Below, one piece after another: positions 24,853 to 36,487 of a stretch of DNA of 64,000 nucleotides (within the stretch, counting starts at the first letter, position 1; each line of letters starts with the position of its first letter). The notes beneath the pieces are model-generated. The model was given only the letters and a program-made list of their open reading frames with translations. It had not been told where the DNA came from and ran no database searches. Origin of the DNA: Callorhinchus milii (taxonomy: Eukaryota). The translations under genes were made by a program, and so were the position numbers. The DNA lies in assembly GCF_018977255.1 (NCBI RefSeq), contig NW_024704743.1:84694001-84758000 (forward strand), read 5' to 3'.

Positions 24853-27800
24853 GATACAATTTCACCACAGCACATTAGTACATTAAGATGAATTACTGTA
24901 CTGCCTGACAAACTATAAATATTGGTTTCTCTGAATCTCACTGTACCTAATTGCATCTTCTTAGATTTCCCATTTTAGTTTATCACATTTCTGCCTGTGG
25001 CTCAAAGTTTTATGTTTATTCTGACTAGTGATATTGAATCATGCAGAACAGCCCAGCATAGAATGTAGGGTATTTTTTAAACTATAATTCAAAACTTAAA
25101 TCCCATGTCCTGGAGAAGGGATTTTCTTCGTTTCTAGTGCCCACATTAATCACTCTCCAGTTAGTGTTATGTTTTTTTTGAGTGGAGTCAGCTCCTGCTA
25201 TCGTAGCAGCTGCATGCTATCTAAAACGTGATACGAACAGAATTCGCTAATTTCAACTAAGTAGCCACCATGCTATTGGTGGGAGCTCTACTCCAGATGT
25301 AAATTCTGTTGGGATAGAGTTTGTCTGGATCGCTGTGATACATTTCCAGTTATTGGTTATGAATATTGCAATTTGGTCCCCACTGTTGTAATCGAGTTTG
25401 GTGCATTCCCCACTGTATCAGCCAGATGTTCCATTTCATAAACAGCTGTGACCTCTGGATATTGGAATGAAAATATATAATCTATTCACTTTACAGTGTA
25501 TTCTGTGAGGCGCTTTGAGACATCTAGAAGACATGAAAAGCACTACATGAAATGCAATGATTTTTTATTATTATTGACCAATTACTGGACTACTGTACTG
25601 TGAGGAAGGTTGTTGAAACTGTTCAGATACATTTAATTTTAGTTTCTTAATATTTGTCAAAGAGAGACTTTAACCTTGTGCATGGGCTGTTGGTTAGATT
25701 TTGGTTTACAAAGTGAAAGGACAATTTTGTTACCTAATTGTGTGACCTAATCCCAAGGTACAACAGTATATGAGCATTTATTTAGTAAAGATATTTATTC
25801 ACAAAATCCCAGTTTGGGAGCTTCTTTACCCTCGTAAACATTTACTGTGGTGGATTATTTTGGGACCAATTTAAATTTTTCTTTTTTTTCTTTGGTTCTG
25901 ATTAGATTCCAAAGATTGTTACTTAAAATATGATTATTTTTTCTTAATATAGTATGGTTAAACGTAAATACTTGTCTATGATTTCAGACATTCATGTTTT
26001 GATGCAGAATTCTTTGTACTGTAAGCAATAAAATTAGTGAAGCCAGAATGTCTTGTTGCTAATTTTGCTCTCAATTTCACTTGATGCTTTACCCGTGTTA
26101 TCAGAACCTCGTGGAGAATTTTTTGTGAGCTGCATTCTACCACTAACACTGCATTGGTGTGGAGATGAATCACTTGTCTACTTGTGATATGCTGGTATTT
26201 TCATGTTAATCCTTTTTGATGAATTTATGCTTTATAAGTACAGTGACCAGTGCATACTGTACATATAGGCTGAGAAAAGGCATTTTATTACACTGCATGA
26301 TTGGAGTTATTATAACGCAATACAGGAATCCTGTACCTGAAATTAATTTTAACACTTTATTATATTGAGTATAATAAAATGTGACTGATTTGGGGGAAAA
26401 TATATTATCCAATATTCATTCTTTTATGCCATCATAGGCATTATTTGTTTAGGTTGTTTGTGAATGGTAATATTCATACTACAGTTAGCAGCCATAACTT
26501 AGTAAGGAACCTGTCTTCCTGTCTGATGGGCTAAATGGAATTGCAGCATTCATGCTGTGAGTTTTGATGTCTACCATTTTGTATCTTTTGTTCACGCTGT
26601 TTCTCTTACCTGCGTTTTAAAGAGTAATAGACTTGCACTTAATTACCAAAAGCTCCAATGTTCCATGATTGACATACAGCAGCTATTAAGTGCAAAGGAT
26701 GTCACATCACTGATGAATAGACTAGCAGAGATGTGGTTAATATAGGCCACACTACTTGTCTTAGCCATGAAAATACATAATTCATCATTTTATTGTTGAC
26801 TTTAAATACTGTGCTGAAATTTTACAGTACAATAGGAAAATTGCCTTTGAAAAGTATTAAATGGCTTGCTAGTTCAGAGGGTACATTAGAAAGTCAGACT
26901 CATTAGACCTGATATATATAATCTGTCACAAGTCAAAAATTGTATTCTTTATTGTGAATGTCTTCAAGATACCAGTATTCAGAAGACTGATTGAAGCAAA
27001 AAAAACTACTTAAATACGACACCATTAGAAGTTTAAAAAAATGTAATTGGTTTGATATTGAGTACCTGCATTGTTTTGGAATTGAACCTCCTGAAATCAG
27101 TTTAACCAGTGGAAAATCTTTTTGTATAGTTTGAAACAAGAGATTTATTCAATGAATATAGCACTGAATAAATGCTATAAAAATTATAATAGTAATAATC
27201 CTTGCATTTGATATAGTGCCGTATCACGTTTTCGAAACGTCTCAATTACAATCTTGAGGCAAATCATAGAGTTTATGTTTTAGTAGTTTTTTTTCCTCAA
27301 AGTGTTAATTTGCAATATAACAACAGATGTTGTGGATTGAGTTGGTCTCTCATCAAAAATATTCCTTAAACGTTCACAAGAACAACCCCGGAATTGCTTT
27401 ATATGGTGTCATATGATATGAAGGTGAGTATGTAGTGTAGAGTAGAGGGTGTGCTAGCAGGTATCTTTTAGACGAAGGATATTGTTTTAAGGGGCTATTG
27501 GCTCTGGTTTCATAAAGAAACTAGACAACTAAATCTATTATATAGTTTTACTGTGGAGGATTCATTTAAGAAACACAGTATTCATATTGCATAATTTGCT
27601 TCTGACAATAAAATTAACAAATGGGCTGGACATAGTTTTAAAAAGCATTGTTTCTGTCTATAATCCTATTCTGCCTATTGAAGCGTCGGAGCTGCAAACT
27701 GCATTGGTGTCCTAGTTATACTGGTTTTCAGCAAAGTTCAGTACTTTTTAATTGAATCCATGCAAAAGATGAGTATAAATCCGGCATAAACCCTGTTTGG

Positions 27801-29279
27801 AATCTTGAAGCAAATCTTATTTGAGACTATCTGCTGAAACCACTTTGAGGATGGTTTCAATGAGAAATGTGTTGCTGCAATATAAATACCATCAACCAGC
27901 TCAAAAAAGTCCTTGTAAATTGGGCAGTCCAAGGGACTGTTTATAATGTTAACAAGCTGGTTAATGACATTTTTTGGCACCTGTTGCCAGGTCACAAATT
28001 GAAAATTCTAGTGAACTTACCCACATGTTCTATGGGTGGAGTAGCATTATACATTTCTGCAAGGAAGTGATGGATACTTTTTTGAAAGAAAAGCCCATCT
28101 AATTTCTAAAGAGATTACGAGAGCTGCAATTTCTGAGCTGAGAGCAATTGGCTCTTAGTTTAATGATTGATACACAATGCAGTTCAAATGCTTAGCTAAG
28201 TTGTGTGAATGAAGTCCTGAAGGACGTCTTGGCTACCTATATTTTATTTGTTGCGCCACCACCTGGAACTAACCGATGCTAACAAATGTTCTGCCTTTCT
28301 TTGATACATTCAAGAGTGTGATTTACAATTGTCATAATTTTGTTTTTTTTCTTTGAAGCATTTCCTGTATGTATCTTTCTCTGACCTCCTGTTTTATTTT
28401 GCTTCCTAGGAGAATTTAAATGCTCCTTCACATGAGAATTTTGTATAACATTTTCATTGAAAATGTTTCCATGTGTGTTTCATTCATGGTAAGAGAAAGC
28501 AGACATAAGAACCCTCCGGAAATGTTCCATAGAATCTTTTTGGTCATTAGCCATGCACTACCAGCAGTTGGTGTTTCACAGCTTGAAAGAGCTATTCAAA
28601 TAAGAGGACAGCATGTTCTGTAAATGAGAGAACATACTGTGACTTTTCATGCTAAAATGTCTTGTGGAGCCAAATGGTGTTTGCAAGCAGATTTTAATAA
28701 GAAAAGTTAAAGCAAAAATATTTTTTTTAATGAAACATTTAAGGCGTTGTTTACTTTGACCACATTTTCTTGCCAAGCCAATTTTGTACCAGAATCCTTT
28801 AATTGTTCTTCAAAAATCTTGTGCCGTGCTGCACAAATTGCCTTAAATATCAAAACTGAATAATAATCTGAAGAGTATGTACTAAATAGTCTGATCATTT
28901 GCACTCTTGCATTACCCAACTTAATCTTAAAACTACAGGCATGACTGGGTAACTTTGGACAGTCATTTTTAAGATTTCTTGTTGCACTAAGTAAACTCTG
29001 TCAGTTTATTAATATTATGAGAGCAACAATAATTTGGACTTTTGTAGCTTTCTCATGTAGGATTAATATCACAAAGTGATGACTAATAAGATAGCGAGTA
29101 CTGAGAAGGTAGAAATGATAACCGAAGCAAAGTCAGATCTTTAAGAGGTGTTTGAAGTCTACAAAAGAGGAAACGTGAAACGATTTTGGAAGTTCCACTG
29201 GAGGAGTATAGTTGATTGAGAGATTGAACATGTGACAAATGAGAAATAACAAACTATAAACTTTACATTTGATATAGTG

Positions 29280-29640
29280 CTTTCCATGTTTAGAGGATGT
29301 CTCAAAGTGCTTCACAGGATATACTGTAAAGTGTATTCTGCAGGCAAATGCAGGAGCCAATTTATACACAGCAATGTCCCACAACAGACATGAAGTGGAC
29401 CAATTTTATTTGGGGAATTATTGGCTGGGACATGGGGAGAAACTTCCTTCTCTTTTCGATTAGTGATATGGGATCGTTATTCACCTGAAACATCTCAAAG
29501 GATGGCATCTCCAACAATACAGCATACTCCCATAACTACACTGTATTGTCATCCAGGACTGAATTTAATGTCTCGATTTTGGCATTGAACCCACAATCTT
29601 TTGATTCTGAGGCGAGAGTGTTACCAACTGAGCCAAACAG
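29280..29640 (-). mobile_element. Deu-domain SINE remnant
   Basis: Reverse complement similarity to 11570-11995: tail, gccaattt..cagcaatgtcccaca, and head ttctgaggcgagagtgttaccaactgagcca. Confidence 0.7.
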
Positions 29641-30215
29641 ACACACTAGACTAGAATTGGAAGAACACAGCTGGAGGAGATTCCATACGTTGCGAAGGGT
29701 GAGATGTAAAGCAATTTTAAAGGTCAGAATGTTGATTTTTGAAGTCAATCAGGAAAATAGTCGGAGCTACTGGAGGCTTGCAAGGATGGTTTATTACTGC
29801 AATATTCACCCTATTCAATGCGGATCACTTAATTTAAAAGAAACTCATGTTCTTAGATTTCTTTTATTTTAACTTGTTTTCAAAATGTTTCTGATTCAAT
29901 TTTTTAAATCTTTAAAACAATAAGATTTATAATAATCCTTTTGCATTTAGGATCAGAGATTTAATTGGAAAAAGTGCTCTGAAGATTTCAATCTTATTTC
30001 AATCTTTAAATTTTTACTTGTTAATCTGTGAAAGGTTGCTGCATGGTGAGTGATTGGTAGCATTAGACTTCTAATATTTTTGTTGTGTCCATTAACCTTT
30101 CGCGTCCAAACCAACATGCTGGTTTATAATGCCAAGTAGGTTAGAGATTGAGTTCCAAGTCTCCAGAATTTGTGAACAAATCACCAGGAAATATTTCTTT
30201 ACACAGTGAATAATT

Positions 30216-31590
30216 AACAGCAAAGTTACATTTGTATAGCACCTTTCACGTCAGGAGAACGTCTCAAAGCCTGGACAATCAGGGTTTCGGACCCAAGCTG
30301 AGGGGCAGGATCGGAGAGGGTGTAGGGCAGTGGGGGAAGGTGACTGAATTTACAGTCAAAGGGGATGGTCTTGAGACGGATCTTGAAGGAGACAAAGAAG
30401 CAGATAAGGCAGAGGAACTGCAGAATGGAGTTCCAGTGCTTGGGGGCGTAGTGGCTGAAGGCCCGCCTGCCATTAGTGGGGTGAGCGAAGCGGAGGTTGC
30501 GCCTTGGGACGTCCTCCCAATGTGAAAGGCGCTATACAAATGTAGTGTTGTTGTTGTGAAGCAGGCTGGAGCCCACTGAGCGGAGGGAGTGGACAGGTTG
30601 GTAGGGGGTTAGGAGGTCGCAGAGGTAAGGGAGAGCAAGGCCATGGAGGGCTTTGAAAGTAAGGACCAGGATCTTGAACTGTATTCTCTGTGTGATGGGA
30701 AGCCAGTGGAGTTGGGCGAGGATGGGAGTGATGGGGTTGCAGAGCCTGGTGCGGGAGAGGACATGGGCTGCGAGTTCTGGATGATCTGCAACCGATGGAG
30801 GGAGGACTTGAGGTCGACAAGCAGGGAGTTTGCATAATCGAGCCTGGATGTCATGAATGCTTGTATGAGGGTCTTGGCAGCCTGCGGTGTGACACAGTGG
30901 TGGAGCCGAGCGACGTTGCAGAGATAGGGGAAGGCAGAGTGGGTCATGGTAAGGATGTGGGGTACAAAGGATAGTTGAGGGTCAAACAAGACGCCAAGGT
31001 TCTGGATCAGTGAGGTGGAGTTGCATCCTTGGGTGGTGATGCTGTCAGTGCCTGAGGTGTGGAGGTGCTGACGGGAGCCAATCAGGAGAGCCTCGGTCTT
31101 GTTAATATTCAGCTGTAGAAAGTTAGCTCTTATCCATTCTGTCAGCACAGCAGTGGTCCTGGAGGCAGAGAGATGGAGTTGGGTGTCATCCTCATGCATG
31201 CGGAAGTTTGACCCCATGTCTGTGGATGATGTCACCAAGAGGGAGCATATAGATATTGAAGAGGAATGGACAAAGGACAGAGCCCTGAGGAATGGTGATT
31301 GAGACGGTGCGGGGGCGAGAGGAGAAGCCGTTTGTGGAGATGAAGTGGAAATGGTGTGAGAGGTATGATCTGAACACAGTCAAGGACAGAACCATGAAGG
31401 TTGAGGTGAGAGGAGAGGCAGTGGAGGAGGATAGGGTGGTCAGCGGTATTGAAAGCAGCAGAGATGTCAATGAGGATGAGGAGGCACAGGGACCTCTGGT
31501 CGCAGAAGGACAAAATGTTGTTTGTCACTTTAACCAAAGCTCTTTCTGTGCTGTGGGAGGCACGGAAACTCCATTGTAGGGGTTCGTGAA
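30216..31590 (-). mobile_element. 5'-truncated L2-clade LINE (RT domain plus tail)
   Basis: Minus-strand fragments LIDISAAFNTADH, IPQGSVLCPFLFNIYMLPLGDIIHRHG, HEDDTQL, WIRANFLQLNINKTEALLIG and TSRLDYAN. Tail near 30216-30270. Confidence 0.95.
30497..30556 (+). mobile_element. About 60-bp L2 tail-only insertion, antisense inside the L2 above
   Basis: gcgccttgggacgtcctcccaatgtgaaaggcgctatacaaatgtagtgttgttgttg embedded in minus-strand L2 sequence. Confidence 0.85.
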
Positions 31591-31594
31591 GGGA

Positions 31595-32150
31595 ACTACT
31601 GTAATAGATTGCTATGAAGAGTGGTTGAGGCCAGGGTGCTGGACTTCTCTTAAGAAATTGCTTGATACTTTAATGGGAGAATGGTTAAAGTGGTCATTCT
31701 AGAGGGATAAAATCCAACAGGCCATAGAATCAAAGTCATGGAAATTTATAATGCGAAAGGAGGCTGCTTGAGTCTGTGCTGATTTCAGAGCAAGGTCTAC
31801 TTTCAATCAAAGGGTTCCCCTATCCCCATACCCTTTCAAGCCTCTAATTTTAAGCGTCTTACGATGTCCTTCTGATGTGAAAGACGCTATATGAATGTAA
31901 ATTTCAAATGTCTGTCTGCTTCCCTCTTTAAACCCATAATGGACTCCTAACTCTACCACCAACTTTTGAGTGAAAAATGTCTTCTCAGCTCTCCCTTTAA
32001 TCTTGTGTCTGGTGTGCATTTATGTTCCCTCATCATTGACTACCCTCATCATTGATTACCCTATCAGTGGAAATAGTTTCTACCTATACACTCTTTGTCA
32101 AAATCACTCAATTTTGTACACCTCTATCAGGTTCCTTCTCTGCTCTCAAT
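31595..32150. mobile_element. Degenerate CR1-like 3' remnants, apparently in both orientations
   Basis: gtggttgaggc..taagaaattgcttgat on the + strand. catagaatc..ggaggc and TH..KGRAEKTFFTQKLV on the minus strand resemble the C-terminal FFxxRVV motif of CR1 ORF2. Confidence 0.5.
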
Positions 32151-32534
32151 CTTTTCTTCTCCCTCTCCTTCGCCCACAAAATCACGTTATACTTTTAAAG
32201 AAAGACCTTATTCACAGTAGGTAATCCAGCATTACTCAACAATATTGCTCCTCATCTGAACTGCAACGCCTACAAAATACATACAGTTCCACCACTTTAC
32301 AGTATATCCCATGAAGCTCTTTGAGATGTCTCGGAGATGTGATTGGTGAAGTATCAAGTGCAAGGATTATAACATTTTCTTAAGCAACTGTTTTGCTAGA
32401 AATACAATAGTAGCTCAGTTCCTTTCTAACAAATCAATCACTGATATTTCTATGAATGCATAAATAATATCGGCGGTATGTGAAAATGGTTAAGTTTTCC
32501 TAATATAATTTTCATATTCTAATTCTGAACACAG

Positions 32535-32708
32535 ATATCGAGTAGAGGATGAATCGTCCAGTTTGGACGAAATGCCACTGATGATGTCGGAAGAAGGTTT
32601 TGAAAATGACGAGAGTGACTATCACACATTACCAAGAGCCAGAGTTACTCGAAAAAAGCGAGGACTAGCCTGGTTTTTATTTGGTGGATGGAAATTACTT
32701 TGTACCAG
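32535..32708 (+). CDS. ATP9B: ATP9B (P4-ATPase class II, probable phospholipid-transporting ATPase IIB) coding exon 2, 174 bp
   Basis: Boundaries acag|A...AG|gtaaat. Translates (R)[57 protein letters not shown](S), the ATP9B-specific N-terminus that ATP9A lacks. Phase 2 to phase 2. Confidence 0.96.
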
Positions 32709-33094
32709 GTAAATAACTTATTTTTGTTGCAGTATTCTTAAAAGGGTGGATATGTGAGTTTCCCCATTATTTCTTAACATCTCAGCATCTCGGTAGTTGA
32801 ATTATTGATGGAGCTGTGAATTCACTTTGGGCAGCAAATTGATGTTTTAGAGGTTGTTGTATGAGTCACAGACCTCTCCCCCACCACAATTGCTCTTTTA
32901 GAGAACATTTGATCTTGCCCATTGGCTTGAGAAGGTGTTAAGTGAATGGGAAATGTAACAGACAAGTCATCACCTTTTCTACGAAGAAAAGGGCGGATGT
33001 GGGAGAGTAGTCTCCTTAAAATAATTTTGAAATAGTACTGGGCATTGTGAGTAAGGCTCTTTTGACACCTTTCTGTGCATTAAAGAATCAATGT

Positions 33095-33415
33095 GTTAGA
33101 GCACTCGCCTTGCAAGCGAGAGGACCTGGGTTCGATTCCCTGGCAGGGCGAGACGTTGGGCAAATTTACTTACTGCACGTGCAGTAAGTAGAAAACTGGC
33201 TGTTAGTCGATTGGTGGATTGCTTTTCCGGAGTTAATAATCCTTTCAGAAAATAAGAATAATTTGGTCAATCTATCCAGTACTATGGGTCACTGAAGTGC
33301 TCAATTGTCTGTCACGTTTCGCTGACAAAATATACAGTCAATTCACTTTACAGTATATCCTGTGAAGAGTTTTGAGACGTCTCGAAGACATATCAAATGC
33401 AAGGATTATTATTAT
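33095..33415 (+). mobile_element. tRNA-derived SINE, long variant, 5' end clipped
   Basis: gttagagcactcgccttgcaagcgagaggacctgggttcgattccc (B box), gcagtaagtagaaaactggctgttagtc, tail caaatgcaaggattattatta. Confidence 0.9.
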
Positions 33416-36209
33416 TTTTGGTAAGACGCTTTTGTTGGTGGTCATTCTTTTGTCTACTGCTTTCATTGGCTGTTAAGTTTTCATTATTTATTTTATTTAC
33501 AAACATCATCTCCTGGAACCGAGTTCCATTTGTTTAATCCATTGCTGTTTGCATTTAACATGGGGAAAATTATTTAGTATAATTTTGGAACTGGTTAGGC
33601 ATTTTGATTTCCCTTGCTTAGAGCAATGATCTCATTCAACAAACCATTGGCTATTTATCTCTGATGTGCTTCAGTCATTTCCTGCATTTTTTTTTACTTT
33701 TCACAATGTATTTTAAGTATTTCCAGGACTTTGACCCTTATTCCTTTTGTTTTGCTTGGAAAAATGCCATGGTTTGGCCAGACTAAAAAGAAGCAATATT
33801 TCTGGAAGAAGGGTGCTCTGTTTTGGATTGTTTTTGCCAAAAGCTAATTAATGTAGGACTTGCACAGAATTCTGAATGTTTTTGTGTTGTATGCAAAAAT
33901 AAATGCTTCTGTTTGGCATGTCCTGATGTACTTTGCTAGGATAACCCTGTAATTTTGCATCTCCGACCTACATTCATAGACCTTTAATTACAAGCTGCTC
34001 ACTGTCTACTTAGAGGTATCCTTAAAGAAACCCAGGTGTAAAAAAGGCTGTCTAATTACTGAGGAAGATGCAATATGTTTTCATATTTGAGCTTTTTGTG
34101 CAGCAAAGCGCTTTCAAATGCTCAGATGTGTGAAGGGAGGTGCTAAACCCAGTTATGGTAGCCCACGAGCAGCCCGAAAACAAGTTCTCAAATACCTTTT
34201 GGATTAATTTTCATTTGTTGTGTATGCAATACTCTTTGTACAAAATTAGTAGGGTTTAAGAAAAACTCCAGTTGACTTCTTGCAATTTTTACAACCAAAT
34301 CTATATATTTGCCATACAGTTTAAAGTAGTTGCCGAAATATTTTTGTACATTTGGCCTGCAATATTGGGTCATTAATTTAGTTTGCAACTTTTATCTGAA
34401 GTAACAGTAATTCAAGCATTGGGAGCTAACCTCCCCACTGGTTTCTCTTGACAGTGTTTTCTACTCTTCCTGAGATGTATTACATTGAAAATTTGCATTG
34501 AATGCATTGTAAATATTTATTTAATAACTGATAGTTGGGATGTAAATTGCGCCAATGAATCAGTTGATAGATAAAATGAATTCGTTGACTTGTAAAATGG
34601 GGGAGGGGAAACTAGGGGGAGGGGATCTGGGTGACAGTTCGTTGATGCTGTGGAAAATTGCTTGTGGTGTGAACTAGATTCTGCAGCACCAGAGGCATTT
34701 CGGAGCAAGAGCTGCTTCTAATCAAAGCGGCTTTGTAATGTAAACGGTCTGCAACCAGGCATAGCCACAGAATATATATCCATTGCTTACTTAAATATCT
34801 GAATATTCATTGACTAAATATGACATAGCAAGGGAATGCAATTAGTGTCTTTGGAGATTTAGTAAAAAAGACAGCAAGTTGAATTATTTTGTTAAACAAT
34901 TGAAGTTTATTGTAAGCAACTTACTTATTTTGGTCTGTCTGTTACAATCCTAAATTTTCTCTTTCTCTTCCTTTCCCCTCTTCTCCTAACCATGTGGCCA
35001 GAAATGTTAATTTTGACCGTCTTCCTTCATTCCATTCCCAATGTTGTAAATGATTCTCCTCCAAACCCCAATATGGCTAAATGATTTGTTTTTAGTGCTC
35101 ATTTAGTATCTGGATTGTCGCATTCCTCAGAAGTGGGGGAAGGGAAGAGGAAAGGCATGATGGCCATGTATCCTTTATGATTAATAAATATGTCCTGAAG
35201 GATTGCTGAGAGTTTTTCCACTGCTGATTGTACAGTAAATTGTGTTTTGGGATCTGTCTGTAGAAGTCAATGTAAGCTGAAAACTGTTTTCAGGGTAAAT
35301 GCTTTACACAGTGTCATTTTGACCCTTTACACTCTGACATTATATATCTCTCAATAGATGGATGGGAGTGTTGTCTTTTTTAAAAGAAAAGGAAGGGTTG
35401 TGCTCATCTGGAAATTAAATTAATGATTAATTTGAAGGTTGAAATTGTAGAAGCAGCTGCCTGTTATCTGTTCTTGGACAGGATTTGAACACCTGGATGG
35501 TCATCAAGGATAAATATGTCTAGGTCAGAGCATGCTCATTTACTGTACATACTGCCTGAATTTGTGACAATCAAACAGTCTTGCTTGTGGGAGCTTTGGG
35601 ATTTAAAAGTAGTTTTTTTAAGCTTTGTTCTGCCTACATTCTTCTTTCTGACGTACAAGGTAATTGACCTACTCGTGGGGCTTCTAATACTGTGCTTGAT
35701 TTGGAAGTTTGGAGATTGTGAGGGTGCAGTAGGTTAACTTGCTACCTAATTTTTACATAACTCATTCTGTGGGAAATGTCTTGCTTATAACACTGTGCCA
35801 ATAAGCCTGCTTGATTGGGATGTCAACATGTGCAGAAATAGAGTAAAACCCACATTATACTACCACTGTTCTCCGTTTTTAATTTACATTTTTTTTACAT
35901 AAAGGAATAGGTAGTTATTTTGTGGAGAAAATTTGGACAATAGAAATTTGAACAATAGATAATAGTAACAGAATATTTTTACAATTGATCCAGCCAGTCA
36001 GTGCTGGTGTTTATACTCCACACGAGTCTCCTCCCATTCCTTTACTCCCTCTCATACCTTCTACTCCTCTCTCCCTCATGAGAACACCTTGCTTTCTCTT
36101 GAATGCATTTACGCTATCTGATTCAACGACTGCTTCAGGTAGTTGAATCAGTTCCACAATTTCTCTACCCTTTGCTGAAGTAGTAGTTTATGATCCCCTT
36201 GTTGCTTTA

Positions 36210-36487
36210 AGTTTCCTTACTCCACATGCCTGTTTACCGAGCAATAAGTAGGGAACCAGGGTGTTAATCGATTTGGAGGGGGATTGTTACTCCTGGAAAA
36301 TGATTCACCAAAGAAAACGAATGGGGTCACTCAATCCATGACTGCTTGTGGGACATTGCTGTGCACAATTGACTTGCGTTTTGCACACAAAATACAGTCA
36401 ATTCACTTTACAATATATTCTGTGAAGCGCTTTGGGACTGCTGGAGCACGTGCTAAGGCGCGATATCAAATGCAAGGATTATTGTTG
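36210..36487 (+). mobile_element. 5'-truncated SINE, long variant
   Basis: aagtttccttactccacatgcctgtttaccgagcaataagtaggg..tatcaaatgcaaggattatt. Confidence 0.85.
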
